A stretch of 64,000 nucleotides of DNA from Mobula hypostoma (GCF_963921235.1 NC_086097.1:80850001-80914000), one strand, 5' to 3'; numbered from the stretch's first letter, positions 26,290-40,221 are shown. Program-made: numbers and translations. The notes: a model not told the origin generated them from the letters alone.

Positions 26290-27349
26290 TAAGAATACCT
26301 CACTGCACTGTTGTAGATAAATTGATCTCTGTGCAAACCAAGTTTTTCCTCTGTACCTTGGTACATGACAATAATGAACTGATTTATCCTTCCGATTCCC
26401 TTTCCCCCCCACCCAGTTTGTTCCATCTGCTGATCATCCTCACCCACCTCATCGAGTTCACCTATCACTTTCTCACCCTCCCTCAGTCTCAATGCAGATC
26501 TCAACCCGAAATTCAACATATACCTTTTGTCCCAGATACTGATTGACCTGCTGAAACCTTCCAATGTTCTGGCTTTTGCTTCAGATTCCAGCATCTGCAG
26601 TTTCTTTTGTTTTCATTCCACTCTTCTCACTGCAAATTCTTTTCAAGGTATGCCCACTTTGAAGAAATTTCCTTTATCTCCATGAGTCTCTCTAATACGT
26701 TAACTAACATTTATCTTGCCATCGCTGGATCATGTGACCTTTCCTTCTTGCCTTAAGCTGGCCACTTTTGATTTCTCTTAAGGACCATCATGACCAATTT
26801 TAACTTCAACCATTCTATATTCCTCATCCTTTCTATCAACTGGCTGTTGTTTCAGGATGAAATGTTGGCTAAGAAAGCTCTGGACCACACCTTTTCTGAC
26901 ATGCTCATGTGAAACTCCAAACATCCTACTCAGCTCTCTTGCCATCAAATGTATACAACTTGCTCATCAGATATTGACCTTGCACGGATCCCTGGTACAT
27001 CTTGAAAAGAACAGAGGGAGTAGACTAATGGTTTTCGGCAATCCAGTGCTTGTACAAGGAGTAGACTAATGTTTTCAATGATTCAGTACATGCACAATGG
27101 GCTGAATGGCCTCCTTCTACACTGTGAATTTCTAATCTATATAGCCCACATAATCTTATATTCAAACCAGGGACATCAATTTGGCTAAGAGAATAAGTGT
27201 TAGAAGCATTTTGATCTAAATGTAAAGGAACCTGTGCTATTAGTAAACAATCCTGTTGTCAGAAGAACTTTTTGGAACTCTTAAGGCATAATTCTTTATA
27301 ACTATTAAAATATACAGATTTGATATAGCAGACAAAGATGTTATTGCCA

Positions 27350-27876
27350 TTTCAAGTCGTCACTTTTTATTGTCATTTTGACCATAACTGCTGGTACAAT
27401 ACACAGTAAAAACAAGACAATGTTTTTCATGGTGCTACATGAACAATACACAAACTACAATGAACTACGTAAAAAACAACACAAAACTACACTAGACTAC
27501 AGACCTACCCGGGACTGCATAAAGTGCATAAAACAGTGCAGGCATTACAATAAATAATAAACAAGACAATAGGCACAGTAGAGGGCAGTAGGTTGGTGTC
27601 AGTCCAGGCTCTGGGTATTGAGGAGTCTGATGGCTTGGGGGAAGAAACTGTTACATAGTCTGGTCGTGAGAGCCTGAATACTTTGGTGCCTTTTGCCAGA
27701 TGGCAGGGCGGAGAGGAGTTCATATGAGGGGTGATTGGTGTCCTTCATAATGCTGTTTGCCTTATGGATGCAGCGTGTGGTGCATCAGGACGAAGGGTCT
27801 TGGCACGAAACATTGACTGTACCTCTTCCTATAGATGCTGCCTGGCCTGCTGCGTTCACCATTTTTTTGTGTGTGT
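27350..27876. mobile_element. Rex/L2-group 3' end (minus, to about 27783) fused to a PLE terminus (plus, about 27786-27876)
   Basis: The reverse complement has an LPSGKRYRS-like segment and AATAAAAAGTGACGACTTGA. It is followed by GACGAAGGGTCTTGGCACGAAACATTGACTG. Confidence 0.75.
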
Positions 27877-28688
27877 TAGTAGGAATTATACCAAACTTTG
27901 GAATTGAGTTGCAGTTGGTATAGAAGTTCAAAAATTCATTTAGATTTGGACTTGGAAATGGTCTCTTCCATTTCCTTTCTAGATAACCTCATACTGGTAA
28001 ATAAAGATATAGATAAAATAAACTCATATTAAGCTAATTTTGGCATCGTCATTTATGGTGTTTAAATTTGAATAAATGTGTACCAGATTTAAAACAGGTG
28101 TTGGTGCTGAGCAAAACTGATAAGGGTCTCTACCATTGACAGCTATTTGAAAATACTACATGTGCTAGTTTCAGTTTTTCAGAACAAATGGGCTTAAATT
28201 TTCAGTTTACATGGATCATAAAAAAATTAACATTATCCCTCCTCAACCCTAAGTATAGAATTTCTTTAATAAAATTTCATGCTGGCAATAAGTGACAACC
28301 ATGCAGAAATATCACTCATTTATCTTGCTTTAACAATTTATTTTTGATTTACATTATGCTTGTAAGTAGAAAACTGAACACTCCCATCCTTTGTTGAATG
28401 TGTTGATCAGTGCGATAATGGTGATGACCTTGTAAGACAATGGTAAACTTTGATAAGATGAAGTCACCTTGCTGTGTGTGTATTGGTGAATACTGATTTC
28501 AATTTGGTTACATTTTATAGCCTGGGTTCATCAGATGGTGGAGACGGGGAGCCTGCTACAAGGGCAACAACTTGCTCTCCATATTGTACTGTCCTGGTTG
28601 CATATCTAGACAGCTAGGACATAACATCCATGGTCAACCCTGATCAATGGAGGCTTTATAGAGACTGAAATATAATGCATCTTGGGAG

Positions 28689-29014
28689 CACGAGGAAATC
28701 TGCAGATGCTGGAATTTCAAGCAATACACATTCTCTGAATTTCCCCTCCTCCCCCTTTTCTTTCTCCCTCGGCCTCCTGTCCCATGATCCTCTCATATCC
28801 CTTTTGCCAATCACCTATTCAGCTCTTGGCTCCATCCCTCCCCCTCCTGTCTTCTCCTATCATTTCCGATCTCCCTCTCTCCCTGCCACTTTCAAATCTC
28901 TTACTAGCTCTTCTTTCAGTTAGTCCCGACGAAGGGTCTCGGCCCAAAACGTCGACTGTACCTCTTCCTAGAGATGCTGCCTGGCCTGCTGCGTTCAACA
29001 GCAACTTTTATGTG
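28689..29014. mobile_element. PLE 3' end with a short inverted arm
   Basis: Imperfect 13-bp TSD TGCATCTTGGGAG / TGCATCTCGGAAG. Mutated hammerhead at about 28922-28958. Confidence 0.8.
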
Positions 29015-29351
29015 TGCATCTCGGAAGAAAAGTTATTTAAAAATAATGCGTACTTGATAACACATTTAGTAGAAACTAAACAAAATACTCCAAAATTGAA
29101 TGAAAAATATAAAACACTCATGAATTCAAGTCTTAATAATAAAAAAGGCATTTGCAAGGTGTAAGATCCCAGAAGATTTCACCATGACATCATGATGATA
29201 AGGCCAGGTGTAGTCTAATGATTCTATTATTGTGCAAGTGCTGTGAATGGGCTGCTATTACAATATTAGATGGAGTAAAGACTGTTGTTTTAAGAATTTT
29301 TTGAAAAGAACAGCTTGCCAGAAATGCACACAGGCTAAGAAATGTTCTTAC

Positions 29352-29598
29352 CCGATAATTGGATGCCTGAAGCCCAGTTTTTTGGTTGCCTCTTCAATTT
29401 CCTTCTCTAGCCATGACTGTGGGCGTATTAAATATTTGACAAACTGTGAGACCCACCAGACTGAGGGGTCTCCATGTAGGTGAGTTAATCGATCTGCAAG
29501 GTCTTCAGGAATAGCCAAGGGCAGATATGGTGGTCGTGGATGAAGGCTATCAACTATTGGCAGTTCCACCACTTGGACATTCTTATCATTGGTCTCAC
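29352..29598 (-). CDS. FUT8: FUT8 internal coding exon (247 nt): (G)[81 protein letters not shown](G)
   Basis: Near-identical to vertebrate FUT8 by recognition. Acceptor is tatttcAG (29599-29600) and donor is GG|GTAAG. The exon starts in phase 1, ends in phase 2, and joins the next exon in frame. Confidence 0.97.
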
Positions 29599-31194
29599 CT
29601 GAAATATAAGATTTAAACACGTGAATAATAAAGGCACGTCTTTAAAACATATATAATTATCTGCTTTTAGTATACAGTGATAACAGATGTAGAATTAGAA
29701 ATAAGAAGTGGAGAGGAAGTGCTGCCAGTGCTTTGCTTGGAATTGCAGTTAATTTAGCATCAGAAGAGACTCATTCAGGATTCAGATGGAGGTAAATAAT
29801 AGAAAGTTAAAAATGTGAAAAGAATTGTTTTTAATAAAGTGAATGAAAATGGCATTGACTTTTTGTGTTTAAAAAGATGCTTGCAATTTTGTTGGCCAAA
29901 TGACATTTTTTTTTGTTTGTCAAATGAGAATTAATTACAGGGAGCTCATTGACATCAATCTATAATAATCCTTCACGAGAGCAGCTACTGGCACATTCGT
30001 GATTATGCAGTATAGGGCAAAACTCAATGTAAACTAGCAACATACAGTAAGTATATCAAAATTAACAATTATTTCCAAAGGAAAGCTCGTTTGTCTAGTA
30101 TGCCTCTATCAAACAATTCTGACATTCTTCAAGTGAGTGCCTGGTATTGAAAATTGGGAAAAATGTTATGGAGAAACACTTCCAGTCACTGTATGGGACA
30201 AAAACTTTCTCCATCTACGAAGATCAATCACTTTTTACAAGTTTGCATTTTTCCCTTGATGACTTGATTCCACAAGTGTTTTGTGAGCTCTCAGGTGGAT
30301 TATGAGGCCAATGTAGAATATGCAGATTTTTCCACAGGGTGTGGTTGATGGGTGGGTAGATTGTGATGCGATTTACTGCTTGTTCTGTGTATTCCCAATG
30401 TAAGCACGCAAAACCCTCAATAATATCTCGTCTACTTCTCATCCATTTTGACTAGTTATGGGTTAGAGATTCCAGGAAATCAGTGAAGGCAAAGTATTCC
30501 TTCAAAAAGACTTTGAACACATCTTGATTCAGCTTCTGTACACCTGGCAGTCTCTTTCCAGATTTTGGGAGTCTAGTGTTCAGCAGGTGGTACAGCTTCA
30601 ACATTCAAAGTAAATTTATTATCAAAATACTTATATCTTGTGTCATCATATACCACCTTGTGATTCATTTTCTTGCAGGCATTCACAGTAAAACAGAGAA
30701 ATACAATATAATCAATGAAAATCTACACTTAATAAAGACTGAGAATCAGCTAATGTGCAGAAAAAGACAAACTGAAAATAAATAATACTGAGATCACGAG
30801 TTGTAGAGTCCTTGAAATGTGACTCCAGAAGTTGTGGGCACTGTTCAGCGATGTGTTAGTGAAATTATGCATAACCTCAACCAATTTACATTGGCATGCA
30901 CTACTGTTCACTGACATAGGCTGGACAATACGGTCATGCACTAAACCATCAGAAATGAAATAATTTTAAGAAATGACTATGTCATAAATCAATGTATCTT
31001 TTAACTTGGTTACTTTTTGAACTTCAAAAACAACCAGCTAAGTTATTTTGTTCCTTTGTAATTCAATGTAATGGTAGTGTTATAAAGCTGACATATTATT
31101 CAAATATAGAGTGAAGACAAAACAGTAGAAAGATCGGTTTAAACTTTGCTCCAGCAAATGATACTGTGCTTCATGGATAGGAACCAATGCTTAA

Positions 31195-31305
31195 TAGTCA
31201 TAGTCATACTTTATTGATCCCGGGGGAAACTGGTTTTCGTATGGTGCAACTGTAACGAAAACCATTTTCCCCCGGGATCAATAAAGTATGACTATAACTA
31301 TGACT
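31195..31305. repeat. 111-bp palindrome of two outward-facing LINE 3' tails
   Basis: The left arm is the reverse complement of ACGAAAACCA(T/G)TTTCCCCCGGGATCAATAAAGTATGACTAT.ACTA. It is flanked by CTTAA at 31190-31194 and 31306-31310. Confidence 0.85.
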
Positions 31306-33949
31306 CTTAAGTAAGTAATGAGATACAAAACAGCCAGGCAAAAGAAAAACAGATCACAAAATCCAGTTTTGTTTCATGCTCCGAATGAAGTATGGGCAAG
31401 TAGATGCTTCCAAAGTGGCATAAAATGTAGTATACTTGAAGCATGAACTATGATGTTTGCCAAATCAGCCAGGACTTTAGTCTGTGAAGAGGTGCTCCTT
31501 TCCAAAAGTTTGCGGAGTAGACAGATGATTACACCAAGGTACAGTGATGATTGGAAGTCAGCACTTTCATTTTGGAGCTGAATTCGTTTTCTCGGCCTTG
31601 TACACATTCAACAGCTGGCAGCAGTACTCAACCAGCTTATTTGGAGGTTTCCTAATGGGTTCACCTAATTGGTTTCAAAAGGAAATTGATATGATTTTAC
31701 ACAGTGTTGACACTTTCCAGATTTTGTTTTAAAGCTGCAAACCTCTGCCGGGAGTGCTCTGGCTGGTTAATGAGCCGAAACAATATAGATCAGAGCAAAC
31801 TGTTGGAAGATAGACAGAGATAGAGAAGAAGGGGAAGCCATAGGGGCAGGTGTTGTAGAGGAAGATTCTAACATCAGTAGCCATCTTGTTCCAGGTGTTC
31901 AAATTCATTTCTGCTTTTTGAACTTCACTGAAGAACCATGTGTGGATTTCAAAAGTTAGAGTGCTTACACTTTTGGTAAAGTCCAAATGAGAGGATTCCA
32001 ACTAGGGCCATATTGTAACAGAAAACTACAGACATTGAGTTTTAATCACTGTGTTTCTTCCAAGTTGGAAGCAATTACAACATCTCATATGTCAAACTAT
32101 GGGTAGGTACCATATCTACTCTGAAGAACACTGTAACTGAAAGGGCTACCACTCCCTTTTCCTGAAGCTGATGTGGTGATCAAAATACAGCACAAATGCA
32201 TTTAATACAGATATCCTGGCAGCAGACACCAGGTCTCCATTCTGCAACAGTCTGCTATCATGATAAACCAGATGGTGATTTACAACAGGAGCTCTCTGCT
32301 GAAGATGTGGCTGAATGATGGTGCAGAAACCATGCATATCCATTCAATATGCACACAATTAAAGCCTTCTGATAGCTAAAGTAGAACTGAGCGAGATTTC
32401 AGCTAATCAAACAAAGATTTTTCTTCCTCTGCTGCTCGGGAGGAACTTGGCCATACTCACCAGAGCGGGAACACGTTCGCATATGGATGTTGATAATCTG
32501 AGGAGGTGGCACACTACTACTCTATCCAGTGTGGATGTGGAAACTCAGCTGATCTTGCCACCAATTCTCAAAAGCTGAGAATCATTGAAATAACTCAAAA
32601 CGTTGACATCCATCATTAAGGACCTTCACACCCAGGTCATGCCTTGATCTTACTGCTAACATCAGGAAGGAGGTACAGAAGCCTGAACACACACACTCAG
32701 TGATTCAGGAACAGCTTCTCTTCCTCTGCCAACCTATTTCTGAATGAACATTGAATCCATGAACACTAACTCACTGCTTTGTTATTTTTATTTTTGCACT
32801 ACTTATTTAACTATCATATATATATTGCAATTCACAGTTTTTTTTCCAATTATTATGTATTGCATTGTACCGCTGCCACAAAGGTAATACATTTCACAAC
32901 ATATGCCGGTGATATTAAACCCAATTCTGAACTCATCTCATTATTCCCTATTAACACCAATTGCTCTCTACTTTTCATGTTATAAAGATTCTGATATTTT
33001 ATATTTAGATCCAAAGTTCTGCCCATTGTCTTAATAGTTTACTCTTCCTTTCAGTGTTTCCACCATTGCTGCTCACAATACTCTTATCTTTGGCTTTCTA
33101 TTGTTTCTTCAATGTCATGAATGAAGGCTGGGGATATTTGATGCTGGACAGATCCCTGGAAGATGCCAGCATGCACATCCTCTTAATTTGAGTACTCATC
33201 CATTATTCCAATTCCTACCCAATTCCCCAGGCAGTTTCTCTTCCATTCCACTAGTGCCATTTAAGTGCAAGGAGTCAATCAAATGTCTACTGCAGGTTCA
33301 TGTCGATAATACATAGAGATATTCCTGTCAACCTCCTTAGTCACGACTTCAACAGTTGAATTAATTTAACAACCCATAAACCAGCCTTTATAATCCATGC
33401 TGACTCTGATTCAACAGAAAAATTTCAAGATCTTCAATCATTCTGTCCTTAATTATAGACGCTGTAATACCCTGTAACAGATGCTAGGCTAACTGCTCTC
33501 TAATTCCCTGGTTTACATTTCTCACCTTAACAACAGACAATTCAGAAATACAAGCAAGCACACAAAATGTCAGCGCACTCCTCACAAGCCAAACACATTC
33601 ACAAAACAAATTCACCATTATCTGCATTGGAGAGGTTTATCAATCCAAAAATTTACAGATAGGTGGTATGATTCACTGATTCTGTTTGTCTTTAATTGCG
33701 TGCATGCTTAAAGTTACGAGAATGTGCATTGCAATGAAATGCAAAATAATCACAACAACTAGAGGCAGCAAAAACACAGACAGATGGCCAAGGACAGCTC
33801 AATAGTTAATTATGTCTAAATAGTACCGTGAAATGCAAATGTGTTGTTGCATTTGTTTCCATGTCACATCTTTTTCATTTTTGTCTCTTGTATTCACTGG
33901 GAGAACAAGTAACCTTGTCCTTGCATTTTCAATTAAGTAAGAAGGGGAA

Positions 33950-34785
33950 GAATTTATTTTATTTATTTATAGATATTCTTCCATAGAAATTTCCAGCATG
34001 TGCTGTGAACATCAAGGGCAAGTCTTTGGGAGAGTGATTCAATCTAATCTTCCTGTCCTTGCAATACCTGAACCTGTTTTAGCTTTAAAATCTCAGCTAT
34101 GTCCAGTTTCTGGCCATACATTTCCTGCAAATGTTGCGGCTGAGAAAGAGAAGGGGAGAAAGGTGGAGATCACGGAAAAATAATTTGCAAAATCCCACTG
34201 TGACATGAAGGATGGCAACATGTAATAATATTAGTACACTATATCCGTATTAGTGGGTAACATAGAAGGAAAAATTATCAAACCCTCTCTCTCCTCGATG
34301 GATGAAAGATTGTTGCCAATTCTTGGGTCACAGAACTCGGGGGGTGGGGGGAAGAAGCGGTGTGACAGACGTTTAACACTGAAAATCAGCGAGTTGTTGT
34401 GTTATGTCTCCCCTCTCGCTGTGAAAAGGGAACACCTCTTTTTCCCTTTATTAGGGAGAGAGAAAACCTGCGGCATGTTAAATCACTGGGTGAAAGACTA
34501 GTTTTTCTTGTACTGCAGATAATAGTCTTTATTGGGGGCTTAGCGGTGGAGGGTGCTGATGCTTTTTTGTGGAAGTTGGTGGGGGTGGGGGAGGGTCATT
34601 GCTTTGCTGCTGCTTTTGCGTGGGAGGGGTGAGTGGGGGGGGCTTTGGAGTTCTAACATTTTTACTGCACTCATTCTTTGGAGCACTCTTCTGTTTAGTG
34701 GATGTCTGCAAGGAACAAGAATTTCAGGATGTATATTGTATATATTTCTCTAATATTAAATGGAACTATTGTACTATTGAAACTA
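33950..34785 (+). mobile_element. Repeat composite ending in an L2-group/SINE-like 3' tail
   Basis: A G-rich UTR-like stretch ends in GAATTTCAGGATGTATATTG...ATTAAATGGAACTATT. The family is uncertain. Confidence 0.45.
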
Positions 34786-36025
34786 TGCCACAGGAGGAAG
34801 TAATTTATCTTTTTTATTTCAAATATTATTATATAGTCCATTTTGGATTCTTTTGATTTAGCTCTTGACACAAGTAAATAAGAGATTAATTACTATAAAT
34901 TGTATACATTTCCCTTACTATTCCAGTTGAGTTGTTGTAGCTCCCAAAGTTTACAAGTTAACACCTCAGTAAAATGGTTGCTTACAAGAACAATGTGTGT
35001 CACTCTTAGATATAAGGCAGCTTCCCATCTTTATGAAAGGCAGAGTCATGTTTCATTCATCTTGACATAAGGAGCTGCAAACTGAATTCTTGATGAGTGA
35101 TGTGTTGCTGCAATCATTGCATGTGTCTCCAACATGACCAGGCATGTGCTGTCTGGAAACTACAATTGCCAGTGAAACCAAACCTCTGATAAAGAATATC
35201 ATATTAATGAATTCCATACTTCTCTGCCTAGATCCTAAACAATTATTAATAGGCACACAAGATATTCCAGGAAAACAGCATTATTATCAACAAGGTACCA
35301 CCACAATCCAGGCCATGCTCTCCTCTCTTTCCTGCCATCAGGAAGGTGGTACAGAAACCTAAGGTCCCACACCACCAGGTTCAGGAACAGTTATTACCTT
35401 TCAACCATCAAACTCCTGAACCAGCATGGATAATTTCACTCACACCAACACTGAACTGATTCCACAACCTATCATTTCACTTTCAAGGACCTTATAACTT
35501 ATGCTGTCAGTATTATTTATTTACACTATTTTTATTTTGTATTTGCATGGATTGTCCTCTTTTGCACTTTGGCTGTTTGTCAGTATTTGCCTGTGTGTAG
35601 TTTTTCATTGATCCTATCCTATTTCTCTGTTCTACTGTGAATCACTTCAAGAAAATGAATCTTGGTAATATACAATGACACACACATACTGCGGTAATAA
35701 ATTTATTTTGAACTTTTAAAAATTCTGCAGATGCTGGAAATCTGGAGCAACATACACAGAATACTGGAGGAATTCAGCAAGACTTACCAAGTTCCTGAAT
35801 TCTGTGTGCAGGGTGCTCAATTTGACATATAATGATAACTGGTATCAGGTTTCTTCTTGTTTGAATCAGCAGGTCTTTATTACAATGAAAGAGCAACATC
35901 TGTACACTGTAAATTCTACTTTTACTGTACCAGAAGCCACTAAAGCACAATGCCATTGACAAAAACTAATACTGAGTCATCCCAGTGATCTTAGAACTGG
36001 TGGTTAAAAGATTGGCTTCAGAAAT

Positions 36026-36250
36026 AAAGAGAAAATCTGCAGATGCTGGAAATCTGGGCAACACACACAAAATGCTGGAGGAACTCAGCAGATCAGGCAG
36101 TATCTATGGAAAAGAGTAAATACTCACTGTTCCGGGTCAATGTTTTAGGCCTCCTGAAGAAGTGTCTCGGCCCAAAACAATGATTGTTTACTCTTTTCCA
36201 CAGATGCTGCCTGACCTGCTGAGTTCCTCCAGCATTGTGTGTGTGTTGCT
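36026..36250. mobile_element. Two-armed inverted PLE termini (fold-back)
   Basis: 36058-36121 is the reverse complement of 36186-36249 with few mismatches. Confidence 0.85.
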
Positions 36251-39200
36251 TTTGATTACAATGCTGAGGGAGATAGGGAGGTGTAAGAGTGTTTGGGAAG
36301 TGAGGGGTAGGAGATGATGGGAGAGGCAGGAAAGAGGCCTGGAAATAAGTATGAATGGTTCTTTTAAATAGAGAAGCTATTTAACTTCTGGAATAGGGAC
36401 TTGGTTCAAGCAAGGATGTTGGCTACATAATGTAAGGATTTTGTGGCTATTCACCCATAGGGGATTCATCAACCGAATTTCAAGAAAAGTGAATGAGGTA
36501 AAATCATGAATTCTTGTTATGATATTGTCCCAGGCTTCTCACAAACAGCAGGAGAAAAATCAATCAAATAAAAGCAACACACTCTGGAAATCATAATGGA
36601 TTGTATTGTTTGGAACAATGCAATCTACATTACTATTGATTATTTTTGCAGTGAAATTTAAAAGAAAGCAATTTTATTCTGTCATTTGCGCACTATGGTT
36701 AATGAAGTTATGCCTGCTGTAATGAATAAGGTGATTTACTCGATAATGCAACTCTGCGTAGAATCCTCCTTGACCCCTCCCCCAACACTTGTGCTCGATC
36801 TACTTTCAGTCCCTTTTCAAACAGATGCCCTGTTGCGAAAGAATTTTTTTCTTCTGTGGCTTGTTCTACATTTTGTGTAATAGGAAACTCAATCCCTCAT
36901 TTCTGACAGTTGGCTGGTTACTATTTTATAAAAAGATCTTCCCTTCCTGAGGTGCACTTGACACTTACTGTTCTTAACTCATTGCCTTGGAAAGATACAC
37001 AACTCTGTGGTATGCTCATCCATTGTAGAAGGTGTCAAGGTGAAGAACTCCTTTGTAGCCCAGAACAGATGGCTCCTTCGGTCAATGACAAATGTAACAG
37101 TAAATATTATTCACAAAAGATTTATAATTCCTTATATTTTATACGGAATTCAGATTCAATAATTCATCTCACGGGACTTCATCTCTCACTTTACAAAAGG
37201 TTTTTCCTGAGATAAGCATGTTTAAAATTACAATAGACAAACAGTTATAGCTGGACTAACTGTTCAGAAGCTTGAATAAGGTTCCAGTTTAAATCCCACC
37301 TTGGCAGCTGAAAAACTCAATAAGATATACCTGGAGTTCAGAAACTGGTACCTTTCTTGGTAACCGCAAAACTACCAGATTGTTGTAAATATGTATCAGG
37401 TTTATTACCAACCTTTAGGGAAACAAACCAGCTATATTTATCTGGTCGAGCCTGTTACAACTCCATTTGGGATAACTTCATTTAAAGACTCATTTTCAAG
37501 GACTCTTCATGTCATGCTCTCAATATTTATTGCTTATTATTATGATTATTTCTCTTTTGTATCTGCACAGTTTTGTTGTCTTTCTGCATTGGCTGTTTGC
37601 CCTGTTGGGTATAGCTGTTCACTGATTTTATTATGACACTTGGATATTCTGAGTATGCTCGCAAGCAAACAAATCTCAGGGTTGTATATGGTGACATATA
37701 TGTACTTCGATAATAAACTTTGAACTTTTAACTTGAACTTTGAATGTGGCGGACACTAAGGTGCCCTCTGAAATGGCCCTGCAATCCACACACACAAAGT
37801 GCCAGCAACACTTACATCCCTTACATGAATAAAAGACTCAAGATAAAAAAAGCCAGAGAATCAAGCAGGTAGCCATTTTGACAAGCAAGCAGGAAATCCC
37901 AGGTAATGCCATTGGATGGAGTCCTTTACTTAGAAAAATACTTTTTCCTGAAGCACAGAGCAGAGGAAAACAGTATTTCTGCCAAATCATTGTAACAGGC
38001 AGAAACAGGGAGCTGAAACATCTCAGGGGACCTGTTTTTGAAGGAGATGTTATTTCAGAAGGTTTATAGTATGGACCTAATGAGGTTGTGAGAAAATGAA
38101 TTACCAGACTGGAGCATGAAATTACTACAGGTTTCAGGCACCTTCAAGAAGCTTCGATAGTAATCAGAAAAAATATGAAAAAAACTTGGGCCGAAATGGT
38201 ACAAAAAAGGATAGGGAAATAGGGAACGCTCTACAACTCAGGGTTCTATAATAGGAATATCATTAACAATGAAACATAAATGATTCGTGAAATTATCATG
38301 TACAACATCTATATAAAGTACGTGGAAATTGATCCAGGGTGGTTAGTGTTTTCAAATGCTGTGACTGATTGATACTACATTTAAAAAACTCAACTACTAG
38401 TCAATTACAAAGATGACATCTGTTCCAATAGCTCATTGTTCTTGGCCTGCCTAAGAACAATTAACAGGGAAAGACTGGAGGGCCACAATGAATCCGTTGT
38501 TCACAGTAACACAAATCTGCTGCCCAGTCAAGTGAGCAGATCAGTGGCGTCCTGATGACCTGAAAGCACAGGGAGCCTAGTTTCCTTGTGGCTTCCACTG
38601 CTGTTCATCGCTGCTCCATCAATTGTGCTGACAGAGCCAGTGTTTGAGCTCCTTGTCGGGAATATCAACAAGATTATCTCAGCAAGAGTATAATAATTAA
38701 AGGTACATTTCAGATTCCAGGTGGATAGAGTAATTAGTCAAATATTTTGGTTCTAGCATAATTTTATTTAAAATTGTACTTTGACCTAGAGCTTAACAAT
38801 TCTTCTTCATGTAACCTCTTCTTTCCATTTACATTATATAAAAGTTTCTCCCCAGAGCATGTCCTTGCAGTCTTAACCCCAAGACCTGAAGGGTGTGGTT
38901 TAAGGTCCTACACTTAGAAAAGATGTCCCTATTTTTTACCGACCAACATCCACCACAATCCAACAGACTTCCACGGCTGCCTTGAATGCACTTCCTCCCA
39001 ACCTGCTTTCGGTAAGAACTCCACTCCATTATCAGTTCCTCCATCTTCATTAAAGTGAACCACTTTAGAATGTAAGACCAGATGACTTAACGTGCAGTTA
39101 AAATCAGATTAAGCTTCTGTTGCTAATGGTAAGGCTGCAAGATGTGTTCAGAATGTCAGATTATACAACCGGGAAAAAGAGAAAACAAACCAAAAGGATG

Positions 39201-39397
39201 GCACATAGAAGAAGCAAGTTCTGGCACAGACGGAAAAAGTGAGTTATTCAAGGTTGGAGCATTTCATACTAAATCCCACAAGTTGCAAGTGCCCAGATGA
39301 AGAAATGAGATGATGTCCCTTTGGCATGTGTTGTCTATTTTATAACAGTACAGGAGATCAGAGACAAAAAGGTCAAACTGAGATAGTGAATTAAAAT

Positions 39398-39693
39398 CCC
39401 ATCCTCTGGGTCACCCCCCCCCCTCCTTGTCTTTCTTCCCGGACCTCCTGTCCCATGATCCTCTCGTATCCCCTTTTGCCTATCACCTGTCCAGCTCTCG
39501 GCTCTATCCCTCCCCCTCCTGTCTTCTCCTATCATTTTGGATCTCCCCCTCCCCCTCCAACTTTCAAATCCCTTACTCACTCTTCCTTCAGTTAGTCCTG
39601 ACGAAGGGTCTCGGCCTGAAACGTCGACTGCACCTCTTCCTATAGATGCTGCTTGGCCTGCTGCGTTCACCAGCAACTTTTATGTATGTTGTT
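39398..39693 (+). mobile_element. Young PLE 3' end inserted into an older, oppositely oriented PLE (about 39230-39770)
   Basis: 14-bp TSD TAGTGAATTAAAAT at 39384-39397 and 39694-39707. Confidence 0.9.
39594..39630 (+). ncRNA. Minimal type-I hammerhead ribozyme motif, intact core
   Basis: AGTC-CTGACGA-A-GGGT(CTCG)GCCT-GAA-ACGT-C-GACT. Predicted cleavage is after GUC at 39625. Confidence 0.75.
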
Positions 39694-40221
39694 TAGTGAA
39701 TTAAAATGGCAGGCAGCACAGGTGCTCCACAAAGCAATCACTCAATTTCCTTTTAGTTTCTCCAATGGAGAGATAGTCTCTAAAATTGTTGTCCCCTCGT
39801 CCTTGGGTGATATAATCTATTCTAACTCACCTGTTCCTCTACTCTTCTCACTATTCTTTAATGCTCCTTAAATATCCCTTCATTTGAGCCCCAACCCATA
39901 CTTATGGTCACCCACTCAAGACCATCATCTCCCACAACCACCCTCCCATGGTTCTGACAACCAACAAGGGCACTCCAACTATGCCTTATCCTTGATAGCT
40001 GTGTTTTAATGAGGCCAGCTCTTCCTTGTTTATGTTCAACTTTGTAACAAAATCTTCCCCCTAACTTTCAAGTGTCCATTGCTCTTTTCTAGCATCTTGT
40101 TTTTTGATTCCACTTGCCATAAACGTTCTGCTCCTGTCAGTCTGCTCAATTATTATTACACTTACAAATCTAACGATCCCACTGGCCAATCCTTACTCTC
40201 ACACACGGGGCCACTGTATAT

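Noticed and set aside
27016..27100. Short tandem duplication of GGAGTAGACTAATG (about 42-bp period)
   Set aside because: It has only two diverged units beside a CR1/SINE tail remnant and looks like an ordinary local duplication.
31340..32450. Possible ancient RTE-type LINE remnant on minus (also about 13000-13500)
   Set aside because: The motif resemblance is too faint to support boundaries or family without an alignment.
38655..38680. AATATCAACAAG (NINK), reminiscent of the upstream FUT8 exon CNINKGCGYGC
   Set aside because: It is on the wrong strand and the flanking codons do not match. The upstream exon was not found in 29599-64000.
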